DNA of 64,000 nt from positions 7,868 to 71,867 of the forward strand of contig JAZDFF010000024.1 of the NCBI GenBank assembly GCA_043808095.1, in the 5' to 3' direction. Positions 10,001 to 19,382 of the stretch are shown piece after piece (the first letter of the stretch is position 1; each line of letters begins with the position of its first letter). A program made the translations under genes and the position numbers. Origin of the DNA: Candidatus Omnitrophota bacterium. Lineage in GTDB: Bacteria > Omnitrophota > Gorgyraeia > JAZDFF01. A model generated the notes under the pieces. It was not told the DNA's origin. It ran no database searches and saw nothing but the letters and a program-made list of their open reading frames with translations.

Positions 10001-10567
10001 TTCAAAATAAATGTTAAAATCTTCATCTAAAAGACCTACCTTATCAAAAATCTCTCTGCGAAACATAACGGCTGCACCGCAAAGGCTGGACACCTCTTCT
10101 GGTTTATTATATCGACTGGCTTCTTCGCCGAATCCCCGCTCTGCCCAGTAAAAGTTCGGTAATTCAATATGTCCAGCATTCTGGATTCTGCCGTCCATAA
10201 GCAGAATTTTACTGCCAGCCATTGCGATTCTTTCATCCCTGAGCATCGCTTCCACCAAATTTATCAACCAATCTTTATCTGCCCTGGTGTCATTGTTTAT
10301 TAGAACAATAAAATCACCCTTTGCCTGCCTTATGGCCAAGTTATTAGCCTTACAGTAGTTATTAACATCATTCTGGAGTATTTTAACCTTAGGATAATTT
10401 TCTTTGACAAAACCTTGTGAACCATCCACAGAGCCGTTATCAACCATAATTATCTCTATCTTCGAATTTGGATAATTTAGTGCAAATAAAGAATCAAAAT
10501 AGTCTTTTAAGTGTTTCCTGCCGTTGTAATTCACGGTAATTACTGAAACAAAGGGATACTCTTTCAT
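7010..10567 (-). CDS. Multidomain glycosyltransferase: GT2, short coiled coil, GT2, GT4
   Basis: Two GT2 motif sets (VDNGSVD/NNDT/EDVD and VDDASCD/LNNDI/EDID) and a C-terminal GT4 (KILEALAMGIPVVAT). Confidence 0.88.
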   Translation of the reverse strand: MKEYPFVSVITVNYNGRKHLKDYFDSLFALNYPNSKIEIIMVDNGSVDGSQGFVKENYPKVKILQNDVNNYCKANNLAIRQAKGDFIVLINNDTRADKDWLINLVEAMLRDERIAMAGSKILLMDGRIQNAGHIELPNFYWAERGFGEEASRYNKPEEVSSLCGAAVMFRREIFDKVGLLDEDFNIYFEDVDMAKRIKDEGFKVVFVPESMIYHAFHGTASDEFSQFYIERNRLFFVAKHYPKNLAGVLFGKGYFSCRKHLEHTGKIFQILPEVIFKLVKHNKNEDIKNILDEIFLELKKINNSESNFLIKEILAKEKNIKECIKSISEKDKEFVSLKTVLLQTKFQLEQRIKEVDLVRSALIETRETLSQKLKELNDIYSSEGFRFVLRPLWTLILSTRNFLNNSVKNISQPVCLLFALLLYPISFLLALIFLAEGILWRLVKLFSIKQIPPKPGRKTETGSKISVVIPSYNGLEYLKECLSSIYKTKEFKADFGNEILVVDDASCDETASYLRIYFPRVRIISNEKNLGFGKSCNIGIGQAKNEIIILLNNDIIVTEDSLGHLINHLKNKNTFAVSPRLYAWDRKTFINGNFFGDFNYGYIHIWNEKDVSATPYIQSPSSTMFAVGCAACFLKEEFLALGGFDNIFEPYSWEDIDISYRAQKMGFSVIYEPKSLMFHKMHGTIGSFSRSIEVKNELLFTWKNITDLDLVLKHFLLFPLYFSLKSEKKAMLRGYFMTLGSLTKALSRRFYNRSYYLKTDKEIFHNSQEIYQDFKYNDNQDISSKPTIMFITPFLPYPLKSGGQIKMYNSLKSLRDKYEIILVSFIENQDQERHIPELNKLCKKVFTVLRRPTWHSVFNKVTLPAFIKYFYAKEMAGLIKSCLNDYRIDLVQIEYANMAYYAKFIPNIPKILVEHDTSIYTLSNSYEKPAFGRIFRFFDWLNWVLFQKRIYLYFDKIVTFTEEDRKIARRAVSPDKISVIPIGIDLASYQLPKDINKSIDILFVGHMLHYPNVDGLLYFCDKIFPLIKSKMPGVNFHIIGSNMGSIDLEKIKDDKNIRIVGEVDDVRPYLARSKLLVSPIRKGAGLKVKILEALAMGIPVVATSQSVKGLKIEPEDPVYIGDTPGKFSDTVIGILNNGLSQNGLAEKARGVIDRFYDSKGISSQMELLYESLILHNDKIIEHSVI

Positions 10568-10580
10568 AATAAATATCGGC

Positions 10581-11630
10581 TTAAATTAAATTTTGCTTCT
10601 CTATGAAATTGTAAAGGTATTCTGCTGCAATATTGTGTCCCGATAAATTGAAATGCCCGTAGGCAGGGAAATTTGTATCATTGTAAAGATGTTCTTTTGC
10701 CTCGATAACGTCGGCTAAATTACAAACGTTTTTTATCGCCAGGTCCTGATTTATAGTAAGGGCGTCTTTGCCCAAAATACCGCTTGAAATAAATTCGACT
10801 CTCTTTCTTTTCAAAAAATTGTAAATATGAGAGACATGGATCCTGTAATTATCATACCCTAACATGTAATAATACTTTTTAGGTACCTCTTCCATGGTAT
10901 TCGGCGGGTTCCACTTAACATATGTTACCTCTTCTAGGCCTGGATAAGGATAAATTAACTGTTCATGATAATACATTCCTAATATTTTTTTCTTAAAAGT
11001 TAGCCAGTACTTTCTTATTGATTTATTACTTGTTTGTTTATTTATTAATATATCAACACCTCTAAAAAAAGTATGAAAAAAATAAGATTTATTATATAGA
11101 TATTTTAGGGGCGTGATGTCCGACTTAATGTAATTGCAAATATGTGTATCATTTTCACAATATATAAGTATAACCATATCCGGATTGAATTTAATGACCT
11201 TTTCCTTAATGACCTCGAATTCCTGCGATGTATTGTATCCGGGTACTGAAAAGTTTATAACTTCAAATTTATTTGCTCGCCTTTCATTTAATAATCTTTC
11301 CAATATTTTAGGAAAGCTATTTTCACCACCCACCCCCCAGCCAAAAGACGTAGAATCACCCACCACGGCTATCCTGTAAGTCCCTAGTGGCTTATGAATT
11401 GGAAAATATCGGTCATTTAAGCCCTGGGAGTTAATCTTGGTCTTCAGAATAGGCGCGATATAACCCGGATAAAGCTCGTATACCACCCGATCATTCTTAG
11501 ATGGTCTATACCCTTGGCAATAAAGCCTTGGGTTTAGCCTTACAAATAACTCTCCCAATAGAGACAAGAATATTAATGCCGAGACTAAAATAAAAATTCT
11601 AAAAATCAATAAGGAACGCTGTTTCATCAT
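10581..11630 (-). CDS. SGNH/GDSL hydrolase family protein
   Basis: N-terminal TM, VGDSTSFGWG, INFSVPGYNT, CEND, GHFN. Confidence 0.82.
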   Translation of the reverse strand: MMKQRSLLIFRIFILVSALIFLSLLGELFVRLNPRLYCQGYRPSKNDRVVYELYPGYIAPILKTKINSQGLNDRYFPIHKPLGTYRIAVVGDSTSFGWGVGGENSFPKILERLLNERRANKFEVINFSVPGYNTSQEFEVIKEKVIKFNPDMVILIYCENDTHICNYIKSDITPLKYLYNKSYFFHTFFRGVDILINKQTSNKSIRKYWLTFKKKILGMYYHEQLIYPYPGLEEVTYVKWNPPNTMEEVPKKYYYMLGYDNYRIHVSHIYNFLKRKRVEFISSGILGKDALTINQDLAIKNVCNLADVIEAKEHLYNDTNFPAYGHFNLSGHNIAAEYLYNFIEKQNLI

Positions 11631-11649
11631 TTAACCAAACTGTAAAAAA

Positions 11650-12630
11650 TCACCATTGCCCAGATGATGTCGTATTCAAATTCAGCACATCTTGGTCTTT
11701 AATATACCTGAAAATATTATTAGCGATTATTGAATAACCTTCTTTATTTGGATGCCAATTGTCACGCAAAAGATATTTCTTAATTGACTCCTGTTTGGTT
11801 ATCGCATTAAAAGTATCGTCATTTCGAATTAGGGGTATATTTTCTCTTGCAGCAAGCGAAATAAATTCATCGATAGAAATATAAGAATTGGAATTAATAT
11901 GATAAGTCATTAGCAAAACGCGGATGTTGCTTTTTTTTGATTCTTCGATTATATTCGAAATATCGTATCTCCACATTTTTACGAAAGAATCCTTATGAGT
12001 TATTGCAAAATCATAGATCCATTTTTGAGGTGGAAAACGAGAAAACTGGGGGAATCCTATAAAAGAATAACGATTGGCCAAGATATGCTTGGAATTTTCT
12101 TTAATAATAAATTTCAGATAAAGGAAGCGTAACATCTTAAAAGTCCTTGAGTTATTCAGCATGACTAATGATTTAATTTTCAGCGTATCGTTATCGGAAT
12201 TATTTAAAAATTTAACTACATTGCTTTCTCCTAATGACCATGCGTTATTTATCCCGGCCATCAAAATAATCAGCCCTGGTCTATACAATTTAATATAATG
12301 CTTAATCCTGTTTGAAATTTGAGAAGTATTTTGTCCGATATGGATAGGAATGATAACATTGATATCCGCATTATGATAATATTCTCTCAACTTACTTTCT
12401 AATTGCTTTGGATATGAATCCTCGAAATCAACCCATAAACCCGCGGTAGATGACTCGCCCAGACAGATAATATTTATTCCTGTATTGAATTTCCGGTCCT
12501 GGCCATCATAATAGAATTTCTTAAGATATAAATAACCTGTGATTCTTAATACTGCTTCGAAAACACAAATAGAAATAACAAAATAGAGAAAAGCCGTTTT
12601 CAGATTAGATAAAAATTTATTTTTTGACAT
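11650..12630 (-). CDS. SGNH/GDSL hydrolase family protein
   Basis: CLGESSTAG, AGINN, DNWHPN. Confidence 0.8.
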   Translation of the reverse strand: MSKNKFLSNLKTAFLYFVISICVFEAVLRITGYLYLKKFYYDGQDRKFNTGINIICLGESSTAGLWVDFEDSYPKQLESKLREYYHNADINVIIPIHIGQNTSQISNRIKHYIKLYRPGLIILMAGINNAWSLGESNVVKFLNNSDNDTLKIKSLVMLNNSRTFKMLRFLYLKFIIKENSKHILANRYSFIGFPQFSRFPPQKWIYDFAITHKDSFVKMWRYDISNIIEESKKSNIRVLLMTYHINSNSYISIDEFISLAARENIPLIRNDDTFNAITKQESIKKYLLRDNWHPNKEGYSIIANNIFRYIKDQDVLNLNTTSSGQW

Positions 12631-15600
12631 TTATAAAATTATTAACTGCCAATATATAATTTATTCTACTTTTTATTTCTTTGCCGATTACATTAAAATT
12701 AAGATTCTTCCTGACATCCTCTTGAGCAATTTTACCGACCTTTAGAGATAACTCTTTCTTTTCATAAACACATCTCATCAATTCTGCAGCATGTTGGATA
12801 TCCGGCTCTGCCCAAACCTTGCCTTTTCTGTACGGGCCGATGTCTCGATTTATATCGGTTAATCTATATTTTACAAGATAGCTATTAGAAACATTCATAA
12901 AATCGGTATTTCCGGAATAACCCGTGGCAATAACGGGTTTTCCTAAATACATTGCCTCAGCCATTGTTAGGCCAAACCCCTCCGAACGGTGCAAAGACAC
13001 ATAGGAATCGCACAAAGCCATAAGAGTGTTAATCTCTTCTTTAGTAAAATATCCTTCGATTATATTGATATTATGACCCCGCGAAACCTCGTTCATAACC
13101 TTCATTGCCGCGGGGTCAAAAGATTGATTGCAGCATTTGATAACTAATCTGACTTTTTCTAGCGGGGAAAAGGCCTCTTTAAAAGCCTTAATAACAGCAA
13201 GGGGGTTTTTGCGTTCAAAGTAGCTTAAGAAATCAAAGACAAATAGAAATATAAAATCATAATCGTTTAATCCAAAATACATCCTGTCTGCATCTTTAGC
13301 TTTATCAATCGACACAGAAATTGGCATCTTGATAACAGGAACTGGAGATTTTCTGGCAATAGCGGCAAGGCTGAAACTGCTGGGAGTCCAAATTTCATTA
13401 CAGTAGCTAAAACCTTCGAGCCATTCATCAGGAAAATCGGAAAGCTCCCAATTCCAGACTCCGATGTTATATTTATTCTCAAAATAACCCTTGCCTTTCT
13501 CCACATATAACCTTGAGAACATATCTGCGTTCACATGGATCAAATTTATATAATAGGGGTTGCTTGAAGAAAACCGGGAAAAAGAATGATCATTTTGCCG
13601 GGAATATGAATGATCAGGGATATTTAGTAAAGACACGCCGACACCTGCCTGTTCTAGGCATCTGATATTTGCCCTTGCACATTCGCCAACCCCGACTTCC
13701 GCAGTCAGATACCCCCAGATATTCACTCCTTTCGTGCTGCCTTCATCTTTAGCGTATACTGAATCTTTGGAATATAATTTAGAAAAGTTGAATACTTTTG
13801 ACCATAAACGCATCTCCATTGATTTTAGATTGCTTATCATCTTTAAGTTGTTGCGGAATAATATCTTCAAATATTTCTTAAAGAAGTTTCTGATTATATT
13901 TATAATTTTTATCCTGAGATTAACCGCCAGCACTAGCTTTCTCTCGGACTTATTAGCATAGATCTTGCTTAAAAATATGTCCTCGAGCATATATTCTTGC
14001 TTGGCGTTTAGAAAAAACCAATCTGAAAATGCCTTCCGGTGAAAATTAAATACATCAGGGTAAATGCGCTTCACATCCGGACGGCTATCATATATGCCTA
14101 ACATCAATCTTGTAATGCTGGGTTTTTTGGTATCAGCATCTTCATTTAGCCATTTCAAGAAACTATATCCTCTTGTTGTATCAAACGGATTACCAAATTT
14201 ACTCTTCAAAGCGCCGCCGGCCTCCCAATAAATTTTTCTCGCCGCATCCGGAATACTGATGCCATTGTCAAAAAACGTAAAGTGACAAGGCCAACTCCTG
14301 TTTTCCTCATACCCATGGCTCATAAGATGCTCTTTATACAGATCAAATATCGGGCTCATATGTTTTATATCTTTTAATAGGTATCTATCCTGGTGCTTGG
14401 AAATAGAGTTTATATTATCAAGCTGAACACCGCTAAAATGCAGGAAATTTACCGGTTTGTTATCGATCAAAAAGCGAGAACCTTCAATATAGACCTTTCG
14501 GTAATGAAAATTCCAATAGGCAATATTGTAACTATGGTCTCTTAATATAAAAACATCTTCAAAAAAACCGGGTATTAAATCAATCCATTTCTGGTCTACA
14601 AAAAGCCCTCTTTCAAGGTCAACTTTACAATAACGATTTAAACGTTCCTGCCACCATCTTAGTAACACCCCCGTAGAATTCTTATCGGATAAAGCGATAA
14701 AACCCAGATTATACACCCCGCTTCTTAAAATATCGCATTCATTTGGCTTGTGAGTATCTTTATAAGGCTGGGTTATATGGGGAATAAGGACTATGGAATA
14801 TTTATCTAAAAGACAGAAAAGTTCGTTAAGATTATTTGTTATTAAAATATCCGGGTCAAAGAATACGAGTTTTTTAAGGCCGTAATGCTCAAATAAAAAC
14901 TCCAAGAAAAATGGTTTTACCGCAGTATTTAGTTCCGTTAAGTTATATTGAAAACAGAATTTATCAAAATCCGGGATTTTATGCTTTATCTGGTCGACCT
15001 CGATTAAGGTAAAATTCTCTTTATTCGGGTCAAAATATCCGTCAATATAATCGGTTAATAAAACAAATACCCTGCCTTTGTTATATTTTAAGTAAGAGTC
15101 GGCTAATACGCGCGCATAGGCCAGGTAGTTTTTGGAAATTATTGTACAGATTCCAATTTGGCCGGTATCGACTCCAGGAGCCCCGACTTCCAGAGGAGGG
15201 CACGCATCTCTTGAAACTAAAAGTTCCGAGGATTTATTGCCCCTTGCTATCTGCTTAATTTCCCAGAGCATCGTCCAAAGCGGCTTCACCAAATACCTAA
15301 ACGCCGTAGAAGTATAGACATCATTCAATTCCTGCTCTCTTCTTTTTATCTGGTAACTTAAGCTATTTATATAAGTATCTTTTTCTTTAATGGCCTGACT
15401 AATATTATTTACCTCAAGGCCAAGAATATTTATGGACTGCTCTTTTTGTTGGAGTGCATTATCCAGTTTTGCTATCTGTAGATTAAGGTCTTTTAGGTTG
15501 GTCTCTTTTTCATTAATAAGTTCGCTCTTATTATTTAATTCTAAATTTACATTATTTAATTCTCGGGTAAGAACGCAGATTTCGTTATCTTTATCTTTTA

Positions 15601-17275
15601 TTATCTTATTTTTATTTTCGATGTCTGAATTTAGATTGTTGAGTTGTATATCTTTTTCTTGTAGTGTATACTCTTTCTTCTGTATCTCTAAATTCAGGTT
15701 TTTAGAATAATCGTCTTGTCTTTTAATGAAATCATCCAATTCTTTGAATCTAAGATTTAGGCTGTTTAAATACTCGTCTTTGTCCTTTAAAAGCTTTTCT
15801 CTTTTTTCAATCTCTGAGCCTAAGCTCTTAAGCTGGGAGTCTTTTCCCTGAATTAACCCGTCGCGAGTACCGATTTCTAAGACAAGGCTATTGGCGTATT
15901 TATCTTTATCCTGGATTAGTTGGTCTCTTCTATTAACTTCAAGACTCAGATCCTTAAGGTGCTGGTCTTTATTTTTTGCTTCCTCGTACTGCTTTTTGAC
16001 CTCTGCCTCTAGGCTAACCAGATAATCATCTTTCTTCTTTATGGCCTCGTCTCTTTTATGGATCTCAAGATCCAGGCTTCTAAGATTTTGGTCTTTGTTT
16101 TTTGCTTCCTCATGCTGCCTTTTAACCTCAGTCTCTAGGCTAACCAGATAATCGTCTTTATTCTGTATAGCCTCGTCTCTTTTATGGATCTCAAGATCCA
16201 GGCTGTTTGCATAATCTTCCTTTTCCTTTATGGCAAAGTCTCTTTTATTTATCTCTGAACTAAGAATGCCGATATATTTTTCTTTTTCCTGGATTAATCC
16301 CTGGTTTGACTGCAGTCCTTTTGAAAGATTTTCAATTTCTCCTAAAAGGATGCTTCTTTCATGATGAGAGGCCTTTTTCAACTCGTTGAATAATCCGGCT
16401 AAGGCCCTCTTTGTGACTCTGGTTTTATGATGTTTGATTAATTTTAGTACCAAATCAAGCAGTATTTGATAAAAATTAGTCTGAGATTTTAAATCCTTAT
16501 GAACTGTAAAATATCCTCTGCCTACCAGGGCGCTGCTTAATTTTTGCGGATAGTGTTTTGCAACTAAAATAAGCCTATTTCTCTCGGTATAAAATGCCGG
16601 TAAATCGCCCCGTGAAGTACCGTGATGTTTATGAAAAACAAGGCTCTTTGGCGCGTATAGTAACTGCCAGCCTTTTTTCTTTAATCTCATGGAGATATCT
16701 ACGTCCTCCAGGTACATATTGAAATCTTCATCAAAATAGTCAACGTCTTTTAATGCCTTTTTACGGTAAAGGACAGAGCAGCCGCATAGGCTAGAAGTTT
16801 TCTCTAATTTATCGAATTGGCCGTGATCTTTCTGGTTAGAACCTTTATCTTGCCAGTAGAAATTCCGCAATGCTATATGGCCAATACTCTCTATCCTGCC
16901 GTTAGTAAACAGGATTTTACTGCCAACCGCGGCAATGGACTTAGCAGTATTCATAACCTTCATTAACTCTATTAACCAATCTTTATCTATCTTGGTATCA
17001 TTATTAAGAACAGCGATAAATTGGCCTTTTGCCTTTCTTATGCCTAAGTTATTTGCGCGGCAATAGTTGTTAATATCATTTCGAAGAATCTTTACTTTAG
17101 GGTATTTCCCTCTAACAAATCTAAGTGAACCATCGGATGACCCGTTATCGACCATAATAATCTCTAATTTTGTCTTAGGATAATTAATCCGGTATAAAGA
17201 ATCAAAACAGTTCTTTAAATATCTTTTTCCGTTATAATTGATAACGACTACTGAGACTGAAGGATAACTCTTCAT
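12617..17275 (-). CDS. Large multidomain glycosyltransferase: GT2, ~350-aa coiled coil, GT-A fold domain, GT4
   Basis: N-terminal GT2 motifs, repetitive coiled coil, central FFDPDI/DQKWIDL domain, C-terminal SLHRSEGFGLTMAEAM...PVIATGYSGN. Confidence 0.88.
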   Translation of the reverse strand: MKSYPSVSVVVINYNGKRYLKNCFDSLYRINYPKTKLEIIMVDNGSSDGSLRFVRGKYPKVKILRNDINNYCRANNLGIRKAKGQFIAVLNNDTKIDKDWLIELMKVMNTAKSIAAVGSKILFTNGRIESIGHIALRNFYWQDKGSNQKDHGQFDKLEKTSSLCGCSVLYRKKALKDVDYFDEDFNMYLEDVDISMRLKKKGWQLLYAPKSLVFHKHHGTSRGDLPAFYTERNRLILVAKHYPQKLSSALVGRGYFTVHKDLKSQTNFYQILLDLVLKLIKHHKTRVTKRALAGLFNELKKASHHERSILLGEIENLSKGLQSNQGLIQEKEKYIGILSSEINKRDFAIKEKEDYANSLDLEIHKRDEAIQNKDDYLVSLETEVKRQHEEAKNKDQNLRSLDLEIHKRDEAIKKKDDYLVSLEAEVKKQYEEAKNKDQHLKDLSLEVNRRDQLIQDKDKYANSLVLEIGTRDGLIQGKDSQLKSLGSEIEKREKLLKDKDEYLNSLNLRFKELDDFIKRQDDYSKNLNLEIQKKEYTLQEKDIQLNNLNSDIENKNKIIKDKDNEICVLTRELNNVNLELNNKSELINEKETNLKDLNLQIAKLDNALQQKEQSINILGLEVNNISQAIKEKDTYINSLSYQIKRREQELNDVYTSTAFRYLVKPLWTMLWEIKQIARGNKSSELLVSRDACPPLEVGAPGVDTGQIGICTIISKNYLAYARVLADSYLKYNKGRVFVLLTDYIDGYFDPNKENFTLIEVDQIKHKIPDFDKFCFQYNLTELNTAVKPFFLEFLFEHYGLKKLVFFDPDILITNNLNELFCLLDKYSIVLIPHITQPYKDTHKPNECDILRSGVYNLGFIALSDKNSTGVLLRWWQERLNRYCKVDLERGLFVDQKWIDLIPGFFEDVFILRDHSYNIAYWNFHYRKVYIEGSRFLIDNKPVNFLHFSGVQLDNINSISKHQDRYLLKDIKHMSPIFDLYKEHLMSHGYEENRSWPCHFTFFDNGISIPDAARKIYWEAGGALKSKFGNPFDTTRGYSFLKWLNEDADTKKPSITRLMLGIYDSRPDVKRIYPDVFNFHRKAFSDWFFLNAKQEYMLEDIFLSKIYANKSERKLVLAVNLRIKIINIIRNFFKKYLKILFRNNLKMISNLKSMEMRLWSKVFNFSKLYSKDSVYAKDEGSTKGVNIWGYLTAEVGVGECARANIRCLEQAGVGVSLLNIPDHSYSRQNDHSFSRFSSSNPYYINLIHVNADMFSRLYVEKGKGYFENKYNIGVWNWELSDFPDEWLEGFSYCNEIWTPSSFSLAAIARKSPVPVIKMPISVSIDKAKDADRMYFGLNDYDFIFLFVFDFLSYFERKNPLAVIKAFKEAFSPLEKVRLVIKCCNQSFDPAAMKVMNEVSRGHNINIIEGYFTKEEINTLMALCDSYVSLHRSEGFGLTMAEAMYLGKPVIATGYSGNTDFMNVSNSYLVKYRLTDINRDIGPYRKGKVWAEPDIQHAAELMRCVYEKKELSLKVGKIAQEDVRKNLNFNVIGKEIKSRINYILAVNNFINVKK
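15963..16204. repeat. 126-bp-period tandem duplication within the coiled-coil coding region
   Basis: 15963-16078 is similar to 16089-16204. The protein contains SLDLEIHKRDEAI...KDDYLVSLE.EVK.Q.EEAKNKDQ twice. Confidence 0.9.
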
Positions 17276-18552
17276 GGTAAATTAATTCTCCAGCTATGTT
17301 CAAGATAAAGAATGCCGTGATCAGGTCTATCTGATATCACTTCAAAATTATAATAGCCGTTATGATAATCGTAAGCAAAGCGCTCGTCTTTCTGCCAGAT
17401 GGCAATGGATAATCTATATTTGCCCGGTAATAAATTTAGGCCTTTATATTCGATTGAAAATGATCCGTTACCAGGTTTTAACTTATCGATTTTTATGCCG
17501 TCAAACCTGGTATTTGGCCCATAACAGTATGTGCCGTCTTCTTTGAAGATGGCTACCCCGAAATGAGGGTCTTCTATTATTCTATGGGCGGTATATCTTA
17601 CTACTATCTTTGCCCTTTCGCCTGTCTTAAATATGTCCGTTTCTTCATTTCTTGTATTTAGTAATTTAACCTCCAAAATCTCGGCTTCTTTGGTTCCGAT
17701 TTTAGCCCCCCATCCTTCTTTAGGGGCTAAATTTGTTTTTTGTCCAAAATTGCTAACGACGACCGTATCAGCTGGTTTTCTCACCCGAGATTGAACAAAA
17801 ACCGGTTCTGTCTTCTTGCTCATCCGGTCCTGATAAAAACCAATAACTTCTTCTGGCAGACCTTCTTCTAAAACTCTCCCTTTTTCTAATAATACCACCT
17901 TATCGCATAATCTTTTAAGTAATTCTAGAGATTGGGAAACGAGTATCAAGGTCTTACCGGATTTTCTAAAATCGGTTAACCTCTCTAAGCATTTATTTTG
18001 AAATGAAAGGTCTCCTACGGTAAGCATCTCATCAATTAACAAAATATCAAAGTCGACATTAATAGCAATGGCAAAACCCAGGCGCATATACATTCCCGAA
18101 GAATAAGTCATAAGCGGCACATTGATAAAATCGCCTAATTCAGAAAATTCTACTATGTCTTTAAAACGCCTCTTTATCTCCCTCATCCTTAGCCCTAATA
18201 TTGAGCCATTAATATAAATATTTTCTTCTCCGGTTAATTCCGGATGAAAACCTGCCCCTAAACTCAATAAGGCAGAGACTTTGCCGTTAACAAAAATCCT
18301 GCCTTCGGTAGGGGTGGTTATCCCGGAAATTATGTTAAGAAGAGTGGTTTTCCCCGCGCCGTTACTGCCCATAATTCCTAAGGTCTCGCCTCTTTCTATG
18401 TCTAAACTTAAGTCTTTCAGGGCCCAGAATTCTTCAAAACTCTTAACCTTTAGAAACCTCGGCAATATATGCCTGACGATTGCCTCTTTCTCATGCAAAA
18501 TCACATATTTCTTGCCTATTCCAATAAACTTTACTGCAATCATTTTTACCAA
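17272..18552 (-). CDS. wzt: Polysaccharide ABC exporter ATPase with C-terminal carbohydrate-binding domain
   Basis: GSNGAGKTT, YSSGMYMRLGF, LLIDE and a Wzt_C-like C-terminal domain. Confidence 0.92.
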   Translation of the reverse strand: MVKMIAVKFIGIGKKYVILHEKEAIVRHILPRFLKVKSFEEFWALKDLSLDIERGETLGIMGSNGAGKTTLLNIISGITTPTEGRIFVNGKVSALLSLGAGFHPELTGEENIYINGSILGLRMREIKRRFKDIVEFSELGDFINVPLMTYSSGMYMRLGFAIAINVDFDILLIDEMLTVGDLSFQNKCLERLTDFRKSGKTLILVSQSLELLKRLCDKVVLLEKGRVLEEGLPEEVIGFYQDRMSKKTEPVFVQSRVRKPADTVVVSNFGQKTNLAPKEGWGAKIGTKEAEILEVKLLNTRNEETDIFKTGERAKIVVRYTAHRIIEDPHFGVAIFKEDGTYCYGPNTRFDGIKIDKLKPGNGSFSIEYKGLNLLPGKYRLSIAIWQKDERFAYDYHNGYYNFEVISDRPDHGILYLEHSWRINLP

Positions 18553-18557
18553 CGCCT

Positions 18558-19382
18558 CTAGACTAGATCTGCAAATTCTGATTCATGTCTATTAAAAATC
18601 CAAAACCCTATAAAAAATACTGCCAAAGAGCTTACTGAGGACAAAACCGCCAAATTGAATAAGTTTAATGATCCGGGTAATGTATCTATGTAACCACCTA
18701 ATAAAACCGATCTATATAAAGTAATTATCTGGGTAAGCGGGTTTAGCATGTAAATATTGAAAAAATTGCGCGAAATGTTAAATACTAAATCCAGGGGATA
18801 AAATATAGGGGTTAGATAAAACCAAATCAGCAATAAAATCTCAACAATATATTTCACGTCACGAAACCTCACCTGCAGCCCGGAAAATATAAGGCATATT
18901 CCCGTAGTAAAAATTGTCTGTAGCAATAATACCAAAGGTAAAAGTATAACCAGATTACTTATTCTTACTCTAAAAAAAGCGAGCACCGGGAAGATTACGA
19001 TAAAAGTAATAACGAAATTAATGAAATTTGCCACGATGATTGAAATAGGAATTATCTCCCGTGGAAAATAAACCTTCTTTATAAGATTACTGTTCTCCTG
19101 TATGCTCAAGGTACATCCTGAAACAGATAGTTGAAAAAAATTCCAGGGAAAAACCGCGGTAGCTAAGAATACGAAAAACGGATAACCTTCAATTAAGGGA
19201 ATCTTAATAATAAGAGAAAAAACGATTTTAAAAACCAGGATTATGGCCAATGGCACAATCAGGGCCCAGAGAATTCCCAGGATAGGATGCTTATATCTAA
19301 ACTTTATCTCTTTATAAGCTAGCCTAAGAAGCAACTCATGATGCGCAAATATTTCCTTAATTTGTTTTAATATCTCTGGCAT
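18558..19382 (-). CDS. wzm: Polysaccharide ABC exporter permease
   Basis: RYKxxxLGxLW, KKVYFPREI, RDVKY, YLTPIFYP. Confidence 0.92.
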   Translation of the reverse strand: MPEILKQIKEIFAHHELLLRLAYKEIKFRYKHPILGILWALIVPLAIILVFKIVFSLIIKIPLIEGYPFFVFLATAVFPWNFFQLSVSGCTLSIQENSNLIKKVYFPREIIPISIIVANFINFVITFIVIFPVLAFFRVRISNLVILLPLVLLLQTIFTTGICLIFSGLQVRFRDVKYIVEILLLIWFYLTPIFYPLDLVFNISRNFFNIYMLNPLTQIITLYRSVLLGGYIDTLPGSLNLFNLAVLSSVSSLAVFFIGFWIFNRHESEFADLV

